DNA from: a virus
Lineage: Duplodnaviria > Caudoviricetes
Strand: one strand, 5' to 3'
Virus record (IMG/VR): IMGVR_UViG_3300044513_001811
Location: 1 to 52,289 of that record
Length of the DNA stretch: 52,289 bases
Under the pieces are notes generated by a model that was given only the letters and a program-made list of their open reading frames with translations, made no database searches and had not been told where the DNA came from. Of this stretch, positions 40,301 through 49,008 are shown in pieces. Each line of letters begins with the position of its first letter. The stretch's first letter is position 1. The position numbers were made by a program, and so were the translations under genes.

Positions 40301-43300
40301 CTCCGAATCCGAATTTTACATCAATAAATGCACCAGGACTTCCAGGAAGAGGTACTGATTCATTCTTCTCTACAGGAATGATATTGAAATTCTTACTTGG
40401 GCTGAAATCGAGGTAAGTTCCAGACAATGAAGAATCTGAAGTATCAAACTTATACTTGTAATATTCTTGTGTTTCAATTATTGGATTTGTTACATACTCT
40501 GATGTGCCGTCTTTTCTAAACTCAAACTTATTTTCTGGATCTGTTGCATCTACAATATCAACAAATCTTTGTGGGGTGCTATTGTCAAAGAATGAGAAAA
40601 GATCTGTGACTGGTTGAAGAGTTGAGATATTTGTGGAAGATGGATATACAATATACAACATCTGATCATTTGGATCATACGTTGTAGACTCACAACCATT
40701 AATCGTAAAGTTGGAGTTAAAATTGTATCTTCCATTATACAGAGATACTGGAGCATCATTATAATGATCAACTGCTCTAGTATTATTTTGTCCTCTCTCA
40801 ACAGTGATCGTATTATTTGAGATAGACAAAACTTTTACAATTTCGTTATCAATTTTTACTAAATCATTTTGAACAAAACGAGTAGCATTGTCCAATACGA
40901 TTTTTGTTGCCTGGGAAGAAACACCAACGTGATCAACGAGTAATTTTACTCTCTGTGTGCTTGTAGAAGCAACAGATCTGACGAGTGATGCGTCATCAAC
41001 TGATAAAACATCCTCTCTCTTATATCCAGATCCACCATCTGTTATTTGTACATCACTTACATATCCATCAGCATTGACAACAATATTTGCGGTTGCTCCA
41101 GTTCCAGATCCACCAGTTAAAGGAACATTGGTATAAGTACCAGTTGTGTAGTCCCAACCAACATTAACTGTCAAAAGTCTTCCGACACCATTGAAGTTTA
41201 CGGCAGTCTTAATTGTAGGAGTTGCTAACTTTAAGTTCTGATAAATTCTCTTCCTTACAAAATAAGTAGTTGTAGTCGTAGAATCATCTGGATTGATAGC
41301 AACATTAACGACATCATCCAAACCGACATTGTGATTTTGGTTTGTTTCGATCAATGCGACATTTTGGTTTACATCAAATGGTTCTAGTCCATCACTCAAA
41401 GATGTAATAGTCAGAATTCCTGTTCCAGATGTGTCCGAGAGAGAATTGCTCTGTAGATAGTGATTTGGTAAATTGTCTTCAGTCTCAAAATAGAATGGAG
41501 CAGTTCCAGTTGGAGACTCTAGTGTACCATCGCCATTGTAATCAACACTAGTGAGAACCTTTACAATTACGATGTTCGATTCTACAGTTGTTTCTAAAAC
41601 TTCGCCATATGCTACTTCTGCAACAAAACCATCTGTCAATTTGAGGATAGAACCCACCGAGTACGATGATGGTTTGTTTAAAAGAAGACTTAATACCTTA
41701 ATTGATGCAGAGAAAGTATTTGTCGTATCAAATGTTCCCTGTACATTTCTTAGTACAACTGTATTATCATTTAAAACATCCCCGACAACTTCTCCAAAAG
41801 CACCAGTTTGTGGTTGTGATAAAGTATCACCCACAAATAGATATGCTGGTCTTACAATTTCTAGTCTTGTTGCTTTTGTTTGTTGCGACTCTAAGAAATT
41901 AACTGTTTTTCCTTTTAGCAGAGATACGCTGCCTTCTGCTCCGAAACCATTGGTATCAGAGTTATCAAAGACTAGAGAAGATCCAACACTAAAATTATTT
42001 GAAGATTGGATAACTTCAATTTCATCGATGCTTCCAGATTTAATATCATTGATTCTCGCAATTACGTTTCCACCATTTGTGGGAGAACCTGCCAGATAAT
42101 AACGTCTGGCATCTAGTGGTAGATCTGACTGTGAAAGGTTGGAATTGTAATTAGAATCTACTGGCAATGAGTAGTAGTTTTCACCAGTAATATAAGGATA
42201 TATTGGATTCTGGGAAGAATCAATAGTCAAAAAGTATGCATAAGTTCCATTGGGGAAATCTGGAGTAACGCAGAATCTTCCGTTATTCTGATCTAGAGAT
42301 CCGCTACGGTGGCGATATTCATAGTCATCAATGAAAGTTCCTAGAGGATACGTAGATGTGGAAGGACCATCAACTCTACTGGTCTTTTTAATATAACTAG
42401 ATGTCATCCTAATAATAGATGATGCTGCATCTAATGGATTTTCGTATGCAAATGGTCCGTAGATTGGGTTGCCATCATATGCAAATCCCAAAATCGGAGA
42501 GTGTGTTTTAGTCTGTGGTTCTACTAGAGTTACTGATAAGTTATCATTTAATGAAATACGAAGTGATTTTGGGTTTGCTACATGACCATATCCACTTCCA
42601 AGAGCAGGATTGTAATTCTCAAATGCATAACCATATTCAGTATCTAACTTTGTCTTTAATACTTCAAATCTATTTTTCACCCACTTCTTCAAGACTGCTC
42701 TTCCCTGAGCTCCAGATCCAATTGGAGAAACAATTACTTCAATATTATCCTGAGAATAAAACTCACCTTCATTTACAACGTCAAATCCTACAATCTTACC
42801 ACCTTGAATTAAAGCAGTATATTCAGCAAATCTACCTCTTCCAAATCTGTCTCTAATGATAATCTCGGGTGGAGCTGCATAAAACTCACCAGGATTATCG
42901 ATAACAAGACTAGTGACACGTCCAAGAGTTACAATTGCTCTTACAACTGCATTTCTACCAGATACGATCTCAACTCTTGGAGTTCTTGGATACAATGACT
43001 TACCTAATAGTTCAACAGACTCAACAAATTCACCAGAGAGTCTTGCAATTGCTTTTCCAGGTACACCATCAATCAAAACATAGGGAGGAAGTCTGTACTT
43101 AGATCCTTGAGTTTGAACTTCGATTTTTTGAAGTTCTCCAAAATCAATAGATGATGAATCTTTGTGACCATAAACTCTTGTTCCATTAACAAGGATTCCA
43201 ACATCAGCGGATGGGGTCCCATAAACCTCTGTGCTTCTAGTTACTTCTTTTCTGATCAGTTTTAGTAATTTTTGATCGACAATGTTTGTTGGGAGATCTG

Positions 43301-44762
43301 TAGCTCCATCTAAAATGGGATATGATGGATACCCAGAAGAAGCAATATAATAATACTGCTCATCTTCAAAAATTGCAGAAACGTCGGTAGAAAGATTAGC
43401 AAGAGATTGCTGAATCGTTGCGTGCCCTGGGGTAGAAATTTGTGTATTGGTAGAAAACTTCCATCTCGCAGCATTTGTTGCTGGATTTACAATCTTAGTA
43501 TTAGATGTTGTGAATCCAGGAAGTCCAATCTCTACAATATCCCCAGTAAATGAGTTTGGTTGCCCAGAAGAAACTTCAAGGTTGTAAACCAAACCAAAAG
43601 ACAAAAGTTGAACTCCAGAACCAGAAAGTTCAATTGGTTCATAAACTTCTGTTCCTACTGGATAAACAGAAGCATTTTGTCTCGTTTTTATTTTAAATTG
43701 AGTAATATTTTTCTCATCAAAAGTGAAAATTTCACTACCAATCAATAGTGTTCCTGTCTTTCCCCAACCAAGAGTTGAGAATACATTAATGAAGTTGCCA
43801 GTTGTATCTCCCGAATTAATTTGCTTGGTTAGTTCCGTTTTAGATGTAATTGAAAACTCACCGTTAATTGTCTCTTCTGCAAGGAAGATATTGTAAATTG
43901 CCTCACCATCTACGGTGCTATCAAATCTTACATTATCAACAACAGCAGAAGCAAATGGAATGCTACTTGTTCTTGGTTGTGTAATGACCTTTCCAATCAG
44001 ATCATTTACATTTCCACTTAGAACTTTTGCTTTTAGAGCAAATCCTTTTTGCCAATCAGACTCAGAAGACTTATATGTAAAGTCTTTTGGATTGTAAAGT
44101 GCTGGGGTGTTCTCTTCGCCGCCTGCAACTAATGTATTGAAAATAAATCTTACAGAAGCATCGGTTCCTTTTGCTTTGTAAAACTTACGAATATTCTTAA
44201 TTAGGGTTCTTTTATCTACTTGACCCTTTAGGTACTTCTCGGGGAATGCACCAAGATACTGTGCCTCAAAACTCTTTACTAGAGCGTAGAGAAACAGATT
44301 GCTAATATTATTAACTTGTGATCCACTAGAGTGGAATACTGCTGTAGTAGAAACAAAGTTAGATGAGGAATATAAGTCACCAAGTTTTGTGTTTCCACTA
44401 ACTCCACGGGAAACTTCTAAAAACTGGGTGTCTGTTCTTTCCTTGTAAAAACAGATTTCATTTCCGATCTGGATGTATCCGTTCTCTTCGGGAAATGAAG
44501 TCGCATCATCTACTGTGATGGTAGTAGCAGAATCGCTAATATCCGATGAAAGAATAGTATTCTGCTTAAGAATATTTTTCTCATAATAATCGATGTCGGC
44601 ATAAGTCTGCAAGTTACTGAGGACATCTAGTGGTTGTCCCTGCAACTCTTGTTGCTCATAGTATTTTGTTACGAACTTATTGAAAAGTTCATACTCAGAA
44701 GAGATAAACTCTGGGAGCTGAGACTCGATCAGAGTTGAAATTGACTTCTTCTTTACGGACAT
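34323..44762 (-). CDS. g7: Baseplate wedge initiator (gp7-like), 3479 aa, with two phycobiliprotein-like domains
   Basis: IS.LIESQLPEFI, LIKNI..FY.AKGT, HSPILGFAYDGNPIYGP/LD.NNGRFCVTPDFPNGTYAYF (YHYH-like) and DSFFYQDYSYVIKS...W......HPAG; lies between g6 and g8. Confidence 0.9.
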   Translation of the reverse strand: MSVKKKSISTLIESQLPEFISSEYELFNKFVTKYYEQQELQGQPLDVLSNLQTYADIDYYEKNILKQNTILSSDISDSATTITVDDATSFPEENGYIQIGNEICFYKERTDTQFLEVSRGVSGNTKLGDLYSSSNFVSTTAVFHSSGSQVNNISNLFLYALVKSFEAQYLGAFPEKYLKGQVDKRTLIKNIRKFYKAKGTDASVRFIFNTLVAGGEENTPALYNPKDFTYKSSESDWQKGFALKAKVLSGNVNDLIGKVITQPRTSSIPFASAVVDNVRFDSTVDGEAIYNIFLAEETINGEFSITSKTELTKQINSGDTTGNFINVFSTLGWGKTGTLLIGSEIFTFDEKNITQFKIKTRQNASVYPVGTEVYEPIELSGSGVQLLSFGLVYNLEVSSGQPNSFTGDIVEIGLPGFTTSNTKIVNPATNAARWKFSTNTQISTPGHATIQQSLANLSTDVSAIFEDEQYYYIASSGYPSYPILDGATDLPTNIVDQKLLKLIRKEVTRSTEVYGTPSADVGILVNGTRVYGHKDSSSIDFGELQKIEVQTQGSKYRLPPYVLIDGVPGKAIARLSGEFVESVELLGKSLYPRTPRVEIVSGRNAVVRAIVTLGRVTSLVIDNPGEFYAAPPEIIIRDRFGRGRFAEYTALIQGGKIVGFDVVNEGEFYSQDNIEVIVSPIGSGAQGRAVLKKWVKNRFEVLKTKLDTEYGYAFENYNPALGSGYGHVANPKSLRISLNDNLSVTLVEPQTKTHSPILGFAYDGNPIYGPFAYENPLDAASSIIRMTSSYIKKTSRVDGPSTSTYPLGTFIDDYEYRHRSGSLDQNNGRFCVTPDFPNGTYAYFLTIDSSQNPIYPYITGENYYSLPVDSNYNSNLSQSDLPLDARRYYLAGSPTNGGNVIARINDIKSGSIDEIEVIQSSNNFSVGSSLVFDNSDTNGFGAEGSVSLLKGKTVNFLESQQTKATRLEIVRPAYLFVGDTLSQPQTGAFGEVVGDVLNDNTVVLRNVQGTFDTTNTFSASIKVLSLLLNKPSSYSVGSILKLTDGFVAEVAYGEVLETTVESNIVIVKVLTSVDYNGDGTLESPTGTAPFYFETEDNLPNHYLQSNSLSDTSGTGILTITSLSDGLEPFDVNQNVALIETNQNHNVGLDDVVNVAINPDDSTTTTTYFVRKRIYQNLKLATPTIKTAVNFNGVGRLLTVNVGWDYTTGTYTNVPLTGGSGTGATANIVVNADGYVSDVQITDGGSGYKREDVLSVDDASLVRSVASTSTQRVKLLVDHVGVSSQATKIVLDNATRFVQNDLVKIDNEIVKVLSISNNTITVERGQNNTRAVDHYNDAPVSLYNGRYNFNSNFTINGCESTTYDPNDQMLYIVYPSSTNISTLQPVTDLFSFFDNSTPQRFVDIVDATDPENKFEFRKDGTSEYVTNPIIETQEYYKYKFDTSDSSLSGTYLDFSPSKNFNIIPVEKNESVPLPGSPGAFIDVKFGFGVRNATNNYTEKTSTEFSNYYYFDRNGICESEGSYLQVISDPLSGRKVVNYVTPTRFCYSLNKISQWDGSGSITYTTDSTFATGEIAAISITNIGDNYQKTPIVSGIYPSTENLAKATVLFDDYTKSITAVRVDEVGSNYSNPRVVIIDGDGSGAEFTTIVRNGQVLDVRIKNRGKGYTSAPTIAILESDISVFAKGKDIGVPKNVSIIRNGGSFHKDRTLYSDYTSPYTFALTGYPEKAFKQGELVVQRINGVETARGYVTINGWREGSNLLKVNRIQGTFRQNFNIESFKTGNSGKIVAVYVTEFTPLIKSAYDNQGYYTSDRGRIGNSNQRITDSFFYQDYSYVIKSRTPINVWRDLIKSTTHPAGMKLFGEVIIDAVADSKMPIESPKASHFTVLELGANTSIVSENTRRVITQSVQKIEDFRCKEGTGSVSVQEYNFNDLISVDIKLGAAFDGEFNNNGQLVGTRTFTLLNAETNDLVYPYNEQALIVTIDGVIQEPGIAFTVSGSNITFATPPLGQKTVEGQLVPQQKFLGKQFSFRSNTENQNVLKKVKNIYQRGGRWLDSANQIRFNEDFIVLETIGWFENQYSSVISNNTLPWNILEPRFTEDIRLILNAIEHDIRFGGNVKAIDYAKTYASSYSGYETYIKSAFDYAIRLSKFAILNWDWTTSNASYSVGSNVLTVPDTSRVPIGAVISSGRSIPLSNEVTVERIISDTQIEMSADPLFNSGSPSNQVTFIMSGINSGTFYDASNTINNNRNYIIDYAVNWAQATYPSINWVTKESKCRRDIGYLLDAVVKHLRFGGNADIVEFAELYFIGSRLQYINDQLTETLETYRKVLEELCVLAMRQTLVAVNPYTSIAPVVDASIIIDLNSPECADVESTLGTYFDIIETIFNSGPSVIQPTSLNLNRSGRFTFLSPITNYNLIPDTQLIAGECEDVISSVATLNDVINDTIDGVVITKTTPDYIDGETRIFDLYWEDGSDVLLDGPEDDLFVALNGVLQRNQFELDNPAFDAYYIDRSKTPNQIVFDSPPLWDQDFSALTIGEATAVEKFFAYNLGSYKRYTIDKTRIIDEGSSSKGPFLITTVENGKVVSIDDQRFLVVLVNGVIQEYESAYTISGPSISFKYPIRKEDVVDMRLLYGKEYEKIVTFYDHEPGSYLIQKTLEIQDASRSVYNGLNVWWNTAKNVVSDYSNVYVYQLRNDGSENPIGKLTNYWHNSGNFYIQLRSNNNILESGNIIVRVINDPNGPRFTIDTSANTTTLTTNNVDSVGTITLSRETQTWYNGDSGRTRDSFKKKGFFKIAPGDKVKIDGESDFRSIKKVPESIFAKEYRTNFDVTSDHYGTYTVTPYNGITRGEGLSVVAVIENGIVVDLIWNQKIVDFSDPNKPKVSQPTAYQYYTAPRLEFVPKDGNGGGASAQVIVKNGQVISVDLLNGGSGYTTEPKVVVTRSYKICRQNDIETVVVRVGVNGVIQQGGMTVISSITPITLPPPGFALLSAVVLDSVVDIQDDIENHIWPEKEDVDMPIGADQPGIQIRVRSTDRVIPVVAGQADADESVDNQITTIIPTSAPNVLSSSRLITSRNITTTLTRELDNSILESRVFNDPGAFLQIDLNVGSSIVYIADTSKFSSNGKLLIGDEVVYYPRKLDDRFVFCERGADNTSEQFWAAGTFLRQIPDYVSVASGGINVINSISSVETTSIFVEKQRSYELESQVVTFESSSREVTTVLNLETSIDSISNLLFIRDRKIESGVVGVDPIVISYNETIIRQEDQINVVFDYSVRRDSVGILIFTPPSGVIDYYQEEVLFTNPIETRNNGFVTLTDKTVTQRTGTIIDIINQNEGLVQYQGEYQIGNLGSNIGNWTTVGYDDGTAEVSNWTIEQFDRYFGAFTINDLIKRASSNYTLSGQYWNLGNPSIQNPVTISSSSGTIGGPIVVQDTTYFPESGYLFTSSGSVIQYTSKTASTFEGCTLYSGPNTISASDELVPHTIS

Positions 44763-44767
44763 CTAAA

Positions 44768-46570
44768 TTACTCTGCTACAGCAACAAAACTACTCTTTGC
44801 TACATCAACATCTAGGTAAACCTCACGTTTCGCAATAATATCATTCTCAAGTGGTTTAACTCTCAGTTCAATGCGATTATCACCAAATGTGCCCTTAATA
44901 ATGGTCACATCATATAAACGAATCTCACCTTTTGCATAATCAACATCACCAATGTTATCGTCCAAAAGGATCTTATCACCAGTGATGCTATCTAGTGTAT
45001 ATAGGATGATTTTGCCTACCCTATCTTCGATGTACACAGTATTATTGGGATATTCTGTGACCACAAAACCAGAAGAAGAAACTACTGGGTCATCATCATC
45101 GAGGAACGCATTTTGATAACAAATTTCGTAGTATGCAGTAGAATTGATCTGAGCATAAAAGTCTTTTCTCATCGTAACCGAAGTTAGATTAGAGTTAATC
45201 GATCTCTCAGCATTGTCAATTACGGCGACCGCTTTACTGTATCTAAATTTACCGTTAAACTTCTCTGTATTGGAAGTATTAATATAATCTTGGAATTCTC
45301 TAATTACCAAATCTCTAATTTGAGTTCTACCAAGTTCAGTTCTAGACTGACTGTAGAAAATTCTGCTGTTTACCTCAACATAGAGAATAGAGGGATCAAT
45401 GATTTCTGGAGTAATAGCAGCAACCTTATATTCTCTTAATTTGCTCTTAATCTCTTGTTTGGTTACGGATGTCAAACGTGCAGCATCTTCTGGTTTAACA
45501 GAAATGAATACCTTGCCATATGCTGGTGGGTCTTGATCCTCTCCACCAAATACAATAATATCGCTAACAGCAGGATAGATGTTTCTTACAATAGAACCAT
45601 AGTCTTGGGTAGTAACAGCACGATCCTGTGCTGCAAACATCTTTGGTGCTTGAAACTTAATCTTATCTACTGACTCGATATCAACACCGCCACTAGCAGG
45701 AACAGTTGCAGATGGATTTACTGCTAGAGTGAAACTTGATGGGTTGTTTCCATCTTGATTTACTAAGTTTCCTGAGAATGTGAATGTTCTTGCGCCATTC
45801 CCGTCTGGACCAGAAGTTACCAAGTAAGAGATTTCAATTTTAGATCCATTATCTACTTTCTTGCCCATAACACCATCACCAAAGATAACTTCGTATCTTT
45901 CTTCAGAGACTTCTTCTAGGAAATAAATTTCCGAAGATGGTTTTGCTTCTAGGATATTCTCTGATAGTGTGTATTCGGTGTAAATCGTAGCAGTTGTGCT
46001 TGGATAAACTCTTACTTGAATAGTTGACGTGTCTACACCAGGATTATCAATGATAAACCTTTGACTCTTCAGTGCAGACTGATACGTGTAAGTATTTTTA
46101 ACCCAACTTCCCTCTCTAAGGGGAACATTGGTGAAAGTAGCAACATCATTCACCACCTGTGCTTTAATATCTCTGGTGGTGATGAATTGATATAAAATGT
46201 TGTCCCAGGAACTCAAAAATCCAGATCCTGCTTGTAACGTTACCTCAGTGTCTACTGTAGGGTTGCTATAAGACACTGAGAAGGTCACGTATGCCGTTGG
46301 AGCAGTCCTTGACTTAGGACGATACCCCAACTGCTTAGCAAGCGATACAACGTTGTCACGGAGCGATGCAGAGTCAATGAACATCTCATTGACAACCATG
46401 TTAGCGTTGAACGCTGTGTAGTAAGTATTGTATGCCAATACATCGATCATGTTTGAAAGAGCAGATCCTTCAAAGTCATAATCGGTAAAATCTGAGTTTG
46501 CCCTAAGGTAATCTCTTAGAGCAGTCTTGATTTGTGCAAAATCTAAGTTTGCTACCTGAGTGTATGGCAT
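44768..46570 (-). CDS. g6: Baseplate wedge subunit (T4 gp6-like)
   Basis: LDF..IK..L..YL....FTDYDFEGS.LS...DVLAYNTYY, LAKQLGY.P.S, FGDG..G and QDRAVT.QDY. Confidence 0.96.
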   Translation of the reverse strand: MPYTQVANLDFAQIKTALRDYLRANSDFTDYDFEGSALSNMIDVLAYNTYYTAFNANMVVNEMFIDSASLRDNVVSLAKQLGYRPKSRTAPTAYVTFSVSYSNPTVDTEVTLQAGSGFLSSWDNILYQFITTRDIKAQVVNDVATFTNVPLREGSWVKNTYTYQSALKSQRFIIDNPGVDTSTIQVRVYPSTTATIYTEYTLSENILEAKPSSEIYFLEEVSEERYEVIFGDGVMGKKVDNGSKIEISYLVTSGPDGNGARTFTFSGNLVNQDGNNPSSFTLAVNPSATVPASGGVDIESVDKIKFQAPKMFAAQDRAVTTQDYGSIVRNIYPAVSDIIVFGGEDQDPPAYGKVFISVKPEDAARLTSVTKQEIKSKLREYKVAAITPEIIDPSILYVEVNSRIFYSQSRTELGRTQIRDLVIREFQDYINTSNTEKFNGKFRYSKAVAVIDNAERSINSNLTSVTMRKDFYAQINSTAYYEICYQNAFLDDDDPVVSSSGFVVTEYPNNTVYIEDRVGKIILYTLDSITGDKILLDDNIGDVDYAKGEIRLYDVTIIKGTFGDNRIELRVKPLENDIIAKREVYLDVDVAKSSFVAVAE

Positions 46571-46963
46571 TTATCGTGTGCTCTCTAAGAAAAAGTCAAC
46601 ATTTAATGGTTGATCATCTCTTCCGACAATTGTGAATGAAATTTCAACGTCATATCCATTATTATCTTCATCTGGTAAAACTGAGACCGTATCAATAGAG
46701 ATTCTTGGTTCATAGTTATTCAACGTTTCAAGAACTGCCTGTCTAATCAATGCTGATGTAGCAAAGTCGAGAGGTTCGAACAGTAAACGGTAAATATCAG
46801 AACCAAGATCTGGTTGAAATGGTCTCTCTCCCTTTTGAGTCAAAAGTAAGTTACGAATTGACTGTATAATGGCTGCCTTATCCTTGACAACAACGAGGTC
46901 GTCTGTTACGGGATGTTTCTTAAAGGTGACGCTCAAATCTTTGAACGTCTGAAACTCAGGCAT
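46571..46963 (-). CDS. g25: Baseplate wedge subunit (T4 gp25-like)
   Basis: AI.QSIRNLLLT..GERPFQP.LGS....LFE and YEPRI; late promoter at 46986-46992. Confidence 0.96.
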   Translation of the reverse strand: MPEFQTFKDLSVTFKKHPVTDDLVVVKDKAAIIQSIRNLLLTQKGERPFQPDLGSDIYRLLFEPLDFATSALIRQAVLETLNNYEPRISIDTVSVLPDEDNNGYDVEISFTIVGRDDQPLNVDFFLESTR

Positions 46964-46992
46964 GGAGATGATAGTTAGCTGTTTCTATTTAT

Positions 46993-47208
46993 TCACTCGT
47001 GCCAACGCTCAACAAAATCATCAAATCCACCTGCCCCTCCACAAGGGCGCTCAAGGCGATCTTCGGGCAGTGGGTATAGTTCTTCTTTCATCTTTGATCT
47101 ACGACGCTTTGCAGCGGCATCTAGTAGTCTGTCACTGTCCGTCTCAGTAATGAGTTTCATACCTTCTTCGATAAATTCTTCACTTTTGTCTACTGGAAAG
47201 AGTCCCAT
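46993..47208 (-). CDS. Small hypothetical protein (71 aa)
   Basis: Strong GGGAGG Shine-Dalgarno 8 nt upstream; GM.LITE.DSD..L motif recalled from cyanophage genes upstream of g25. Confidence 0.8.
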   Translation of the reverse strand: MGLFPVDKSEEFIEEGMKLITETDSDRLLDAAAKRRRSKMKEELYPLPEDRLERPCGGAGGFDDFVERWHE

Positions 47209-47209
47209 T

Positions 47210-47253
47210 AAAAAACCTCCCTAAAGTCTGTTTCCAGAACTTTTAGAGAGGTT
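47210..47253 (-). terminator. Long GAAA-capped hairpin with U-tract that also contains the downstream Shine-Dalgarno
   Basis: Minus strand reads AACCTCTCTAAAAGTTCTG-GAAA-CAGACTTTAGGGAGGTT-TTTT-AATG. Confidence 0.7.
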
Positions 47254-47270
47254 GCTATCTCTATCAATAT

Positions 47271-47417
47271 TTAGGTCCCCTGACCGCGATAACGCTTCTT
47301 GCGACCATTGCGTGAACTTGCACCTAGATGAGTGTTCTTAGAACGCCCCTGACGAGTCTTCTTCGGTGCTCCTTCAGTGTAGTTCGACTTTACCAAACCA
47401 ACTTTTGACTTTGCCAT
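47271..47417 (-). CDS. Small highly basic protein (48 aa), not in the ORF track
   Basis: MAKSKVGLVKSNYTEGAPKKTRQGRSKNTHLGASSRNGRKKRYRGQGT; PKKTRQG...K.YRGQG is a motif I recall from cyanophages; fills the gap before PAAR. Confidence 0.85.
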   Translation of the reverse strand: MAKSKVGLVKSNYTEGAPKKTRQGRSKNTHLGASSRNGRKKRYRGQGT

Positions 47418-47441
47418 AGTGTTTAATCAATTGACTTCCAT

Positions 47442-47450
47442 ATTATACCA
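47442..47450 (-). promoter_or_regulatory. Extended -10 sigma70-type promoter TGgTATAAT
   Basis: attatacca on + strand, 25 nt upstream of the ATG at 47417. Confidence 0.6.
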
Positions 47451-47452
47451 CA

Positions 47453-47848
47453 TTATGCCACTGGTGGTGGAGGTGGTGGTGGTTGTGTTACCTCTCCAGA
47501 TTCACTGACAATAGCAGTTAATAGTGGAGCATCACCCATGAATACTGTATGACTGTACTGACCTTGTACCAGAGCACCAAAGTTTGTTGCAGATCCAATC
47601 GTAGCAGCACATCCGCCATTGATCCGCACAGTAGCGTGTCCACTGATTAATACGTCAGGATGAGGCGGAGGTGGAGGAATAATTGGAATTGTATGCGGAA
47701 TACATGTATTACCAGTAGAGTGTGCTGGTAATCCATTGATAAACACGTTCGCGGAATACCCAGCAGGTGCGGGATTCGGGATTGGGGGCGGGTGAATATC
47801 GTGATTCGAATACGTCAACCCAGCAAATCTAGCAATTGGTAATGCCAT
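47453..47848 (-). CDS. PAAR-domain spike-tip protein (T4 gp5.4-like) with polyproline segments
   Basis: PIAR, S.NVFING.PAH..G....PH, H....G..TVRING..AA.IG and several potential metal-binding His residues. Confidence 0.88.
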   Translation of the reverse strand: MALPIARFAGLTYSNHDIHPPPIPNPAPAGYSANVFINGLPAHSTGNTCIPHTIPIIPPPPPHPDVLISGHATVRINGGCAATIGSATNFGALVQGQYSHTVFMGDAPLLTAIVSESGEVTQPPPPPPPVA

Positions 47849-49008
47849 TATGCCAAATCAGTATCAACGTTATTTATTCCACCCTGATTCAATAAGTATT
47901 CAATTCTCTCGTTCGGTATCTCGCCGTTATACCTCACAGGCAAATAGAAATACCAAATATTATTACTTAAGTTACTCGCAAAAGTCTCCAATGCTGCAGA
48001 ACCAAGTTCTTGTCGTACAACCTCGTCTGGTCCTGTTAACGTATCAGGCACCACAATGGTCGTACAAGCGACTTTAATAGTATATACGATACAATCCATC
48101 TCTGAGGTCTTAACCTCTGCTACAAGACCAGCACGGGGGTTCCCAGTGTCATCTACCTTGGTCAATGTATCCCAATAGTTGTTGCCAAACCTTCTAGCAT
48201 CATTTTCATCATATATTGCACTGTTTAGATAAGATGCTTGCTGAATGTAGGGATCATAAAATCCCCTGTATGCAGGATCATAGAAAGATGGGATCGCGCC
48301 CTCGGAGATATCGGCGTCACGGTACACCCATGCTCCATCAGGTCTGACTTGGATAACCTCTGAATAATCATACCCCAAAGCATCAGCACCTCCATATCCA
48401 TACTGAGGTTGCCCATACTTCGTACCATTCACAATGGTCAACTCCTGATCGTAAAAACCCCACTCAGAGCAGTACCCTGAAACCTCAGCAATACCCAAAT
48501 ACCCTAGAGTAATGATGGGAGGAATATAACTTAGATTCTGCCTGATCTCTACACCAGGATCCAAACTACCGTTGAAAGATGGTAAAAGATTCAGAGAACC
48601 CCATGCCTTCTCTTGTACATCTCCCCCATACTCTCTTGGTTCAAAATTGACCAGATCACTCGCAGTCTGATCATCCATACCTTCATAATCATCTAAATCC
48701 CTCGGCCACAAGTCAATACGTTCTATCGTAACATTCATCGTGACAATCCGTTCATCCTCAAATGCTGGAACCATCCAAATCTGAGTTGGTTGGATACGTT
48801 CCCATGTAAGCCACGGTGGAGTCTGTGAAATCAAACCTAACTGCAATCCATCAATAATTGCTTGGTTGTCCTTTGGATAAAATCTCCCAGCATAAAACGG
48901 CACACCGCTGGTTTGTTGCAACCGCTGCAGTTTGCCGAAATCTGCTAATTCAATCGGTCCAATGCCGCCCATCGAGGGTGCTAAGAAATTGATGAACGGT
49001 ACTGCCAT
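47848..49008 (-). CDS. Hypothetical protein, probably virion/baseplate associated (386 aa)
   Basis: Long ORF coupled by TAATG overlaps to both neighbours in the late operon. Confidence 0.75.
   Translation of the reverse strand: MAVPFINFLAPSMGGIGPIELADFGKLQRLQQTSGVPFYAGRFYPKDNQAIIDGLQLGLISQTPPWLTWERIQPTQIWMVPAFEDERIVTMNVTIERIDLWPRDLDDYEGMDDQTASDLVNFEPREYGGDVQEKAWGSLNLLPSFNGSLDPGVEIRQNLSYIPPIITLGYLGIAEVSGYCSEWGFYDQELTIVNGTKYGQPQYGYGGADALGYDYSEVIQVRPDGAWVYRDADISEGAIPSFYDPAYRGFYDPYIQQASYLNSAIYDENDARRFGNNYWDTLTKVDDTGNPRAGLVAEVKTSEMDCIVYTIKVACTTIVVPDTLTGPDEVVRQELGSAALETFASNLSNNIWYFYLPVRYNGEIPNERIEYLLNQGGINNVDTDLA

Noticed and set aside
9306-44762. Inteins or group I introns in the giant ORFs
   Set aside because: No intein splice-junction or LAGLIDADG motifs were noticed, and the reading frames are uninterrupted.
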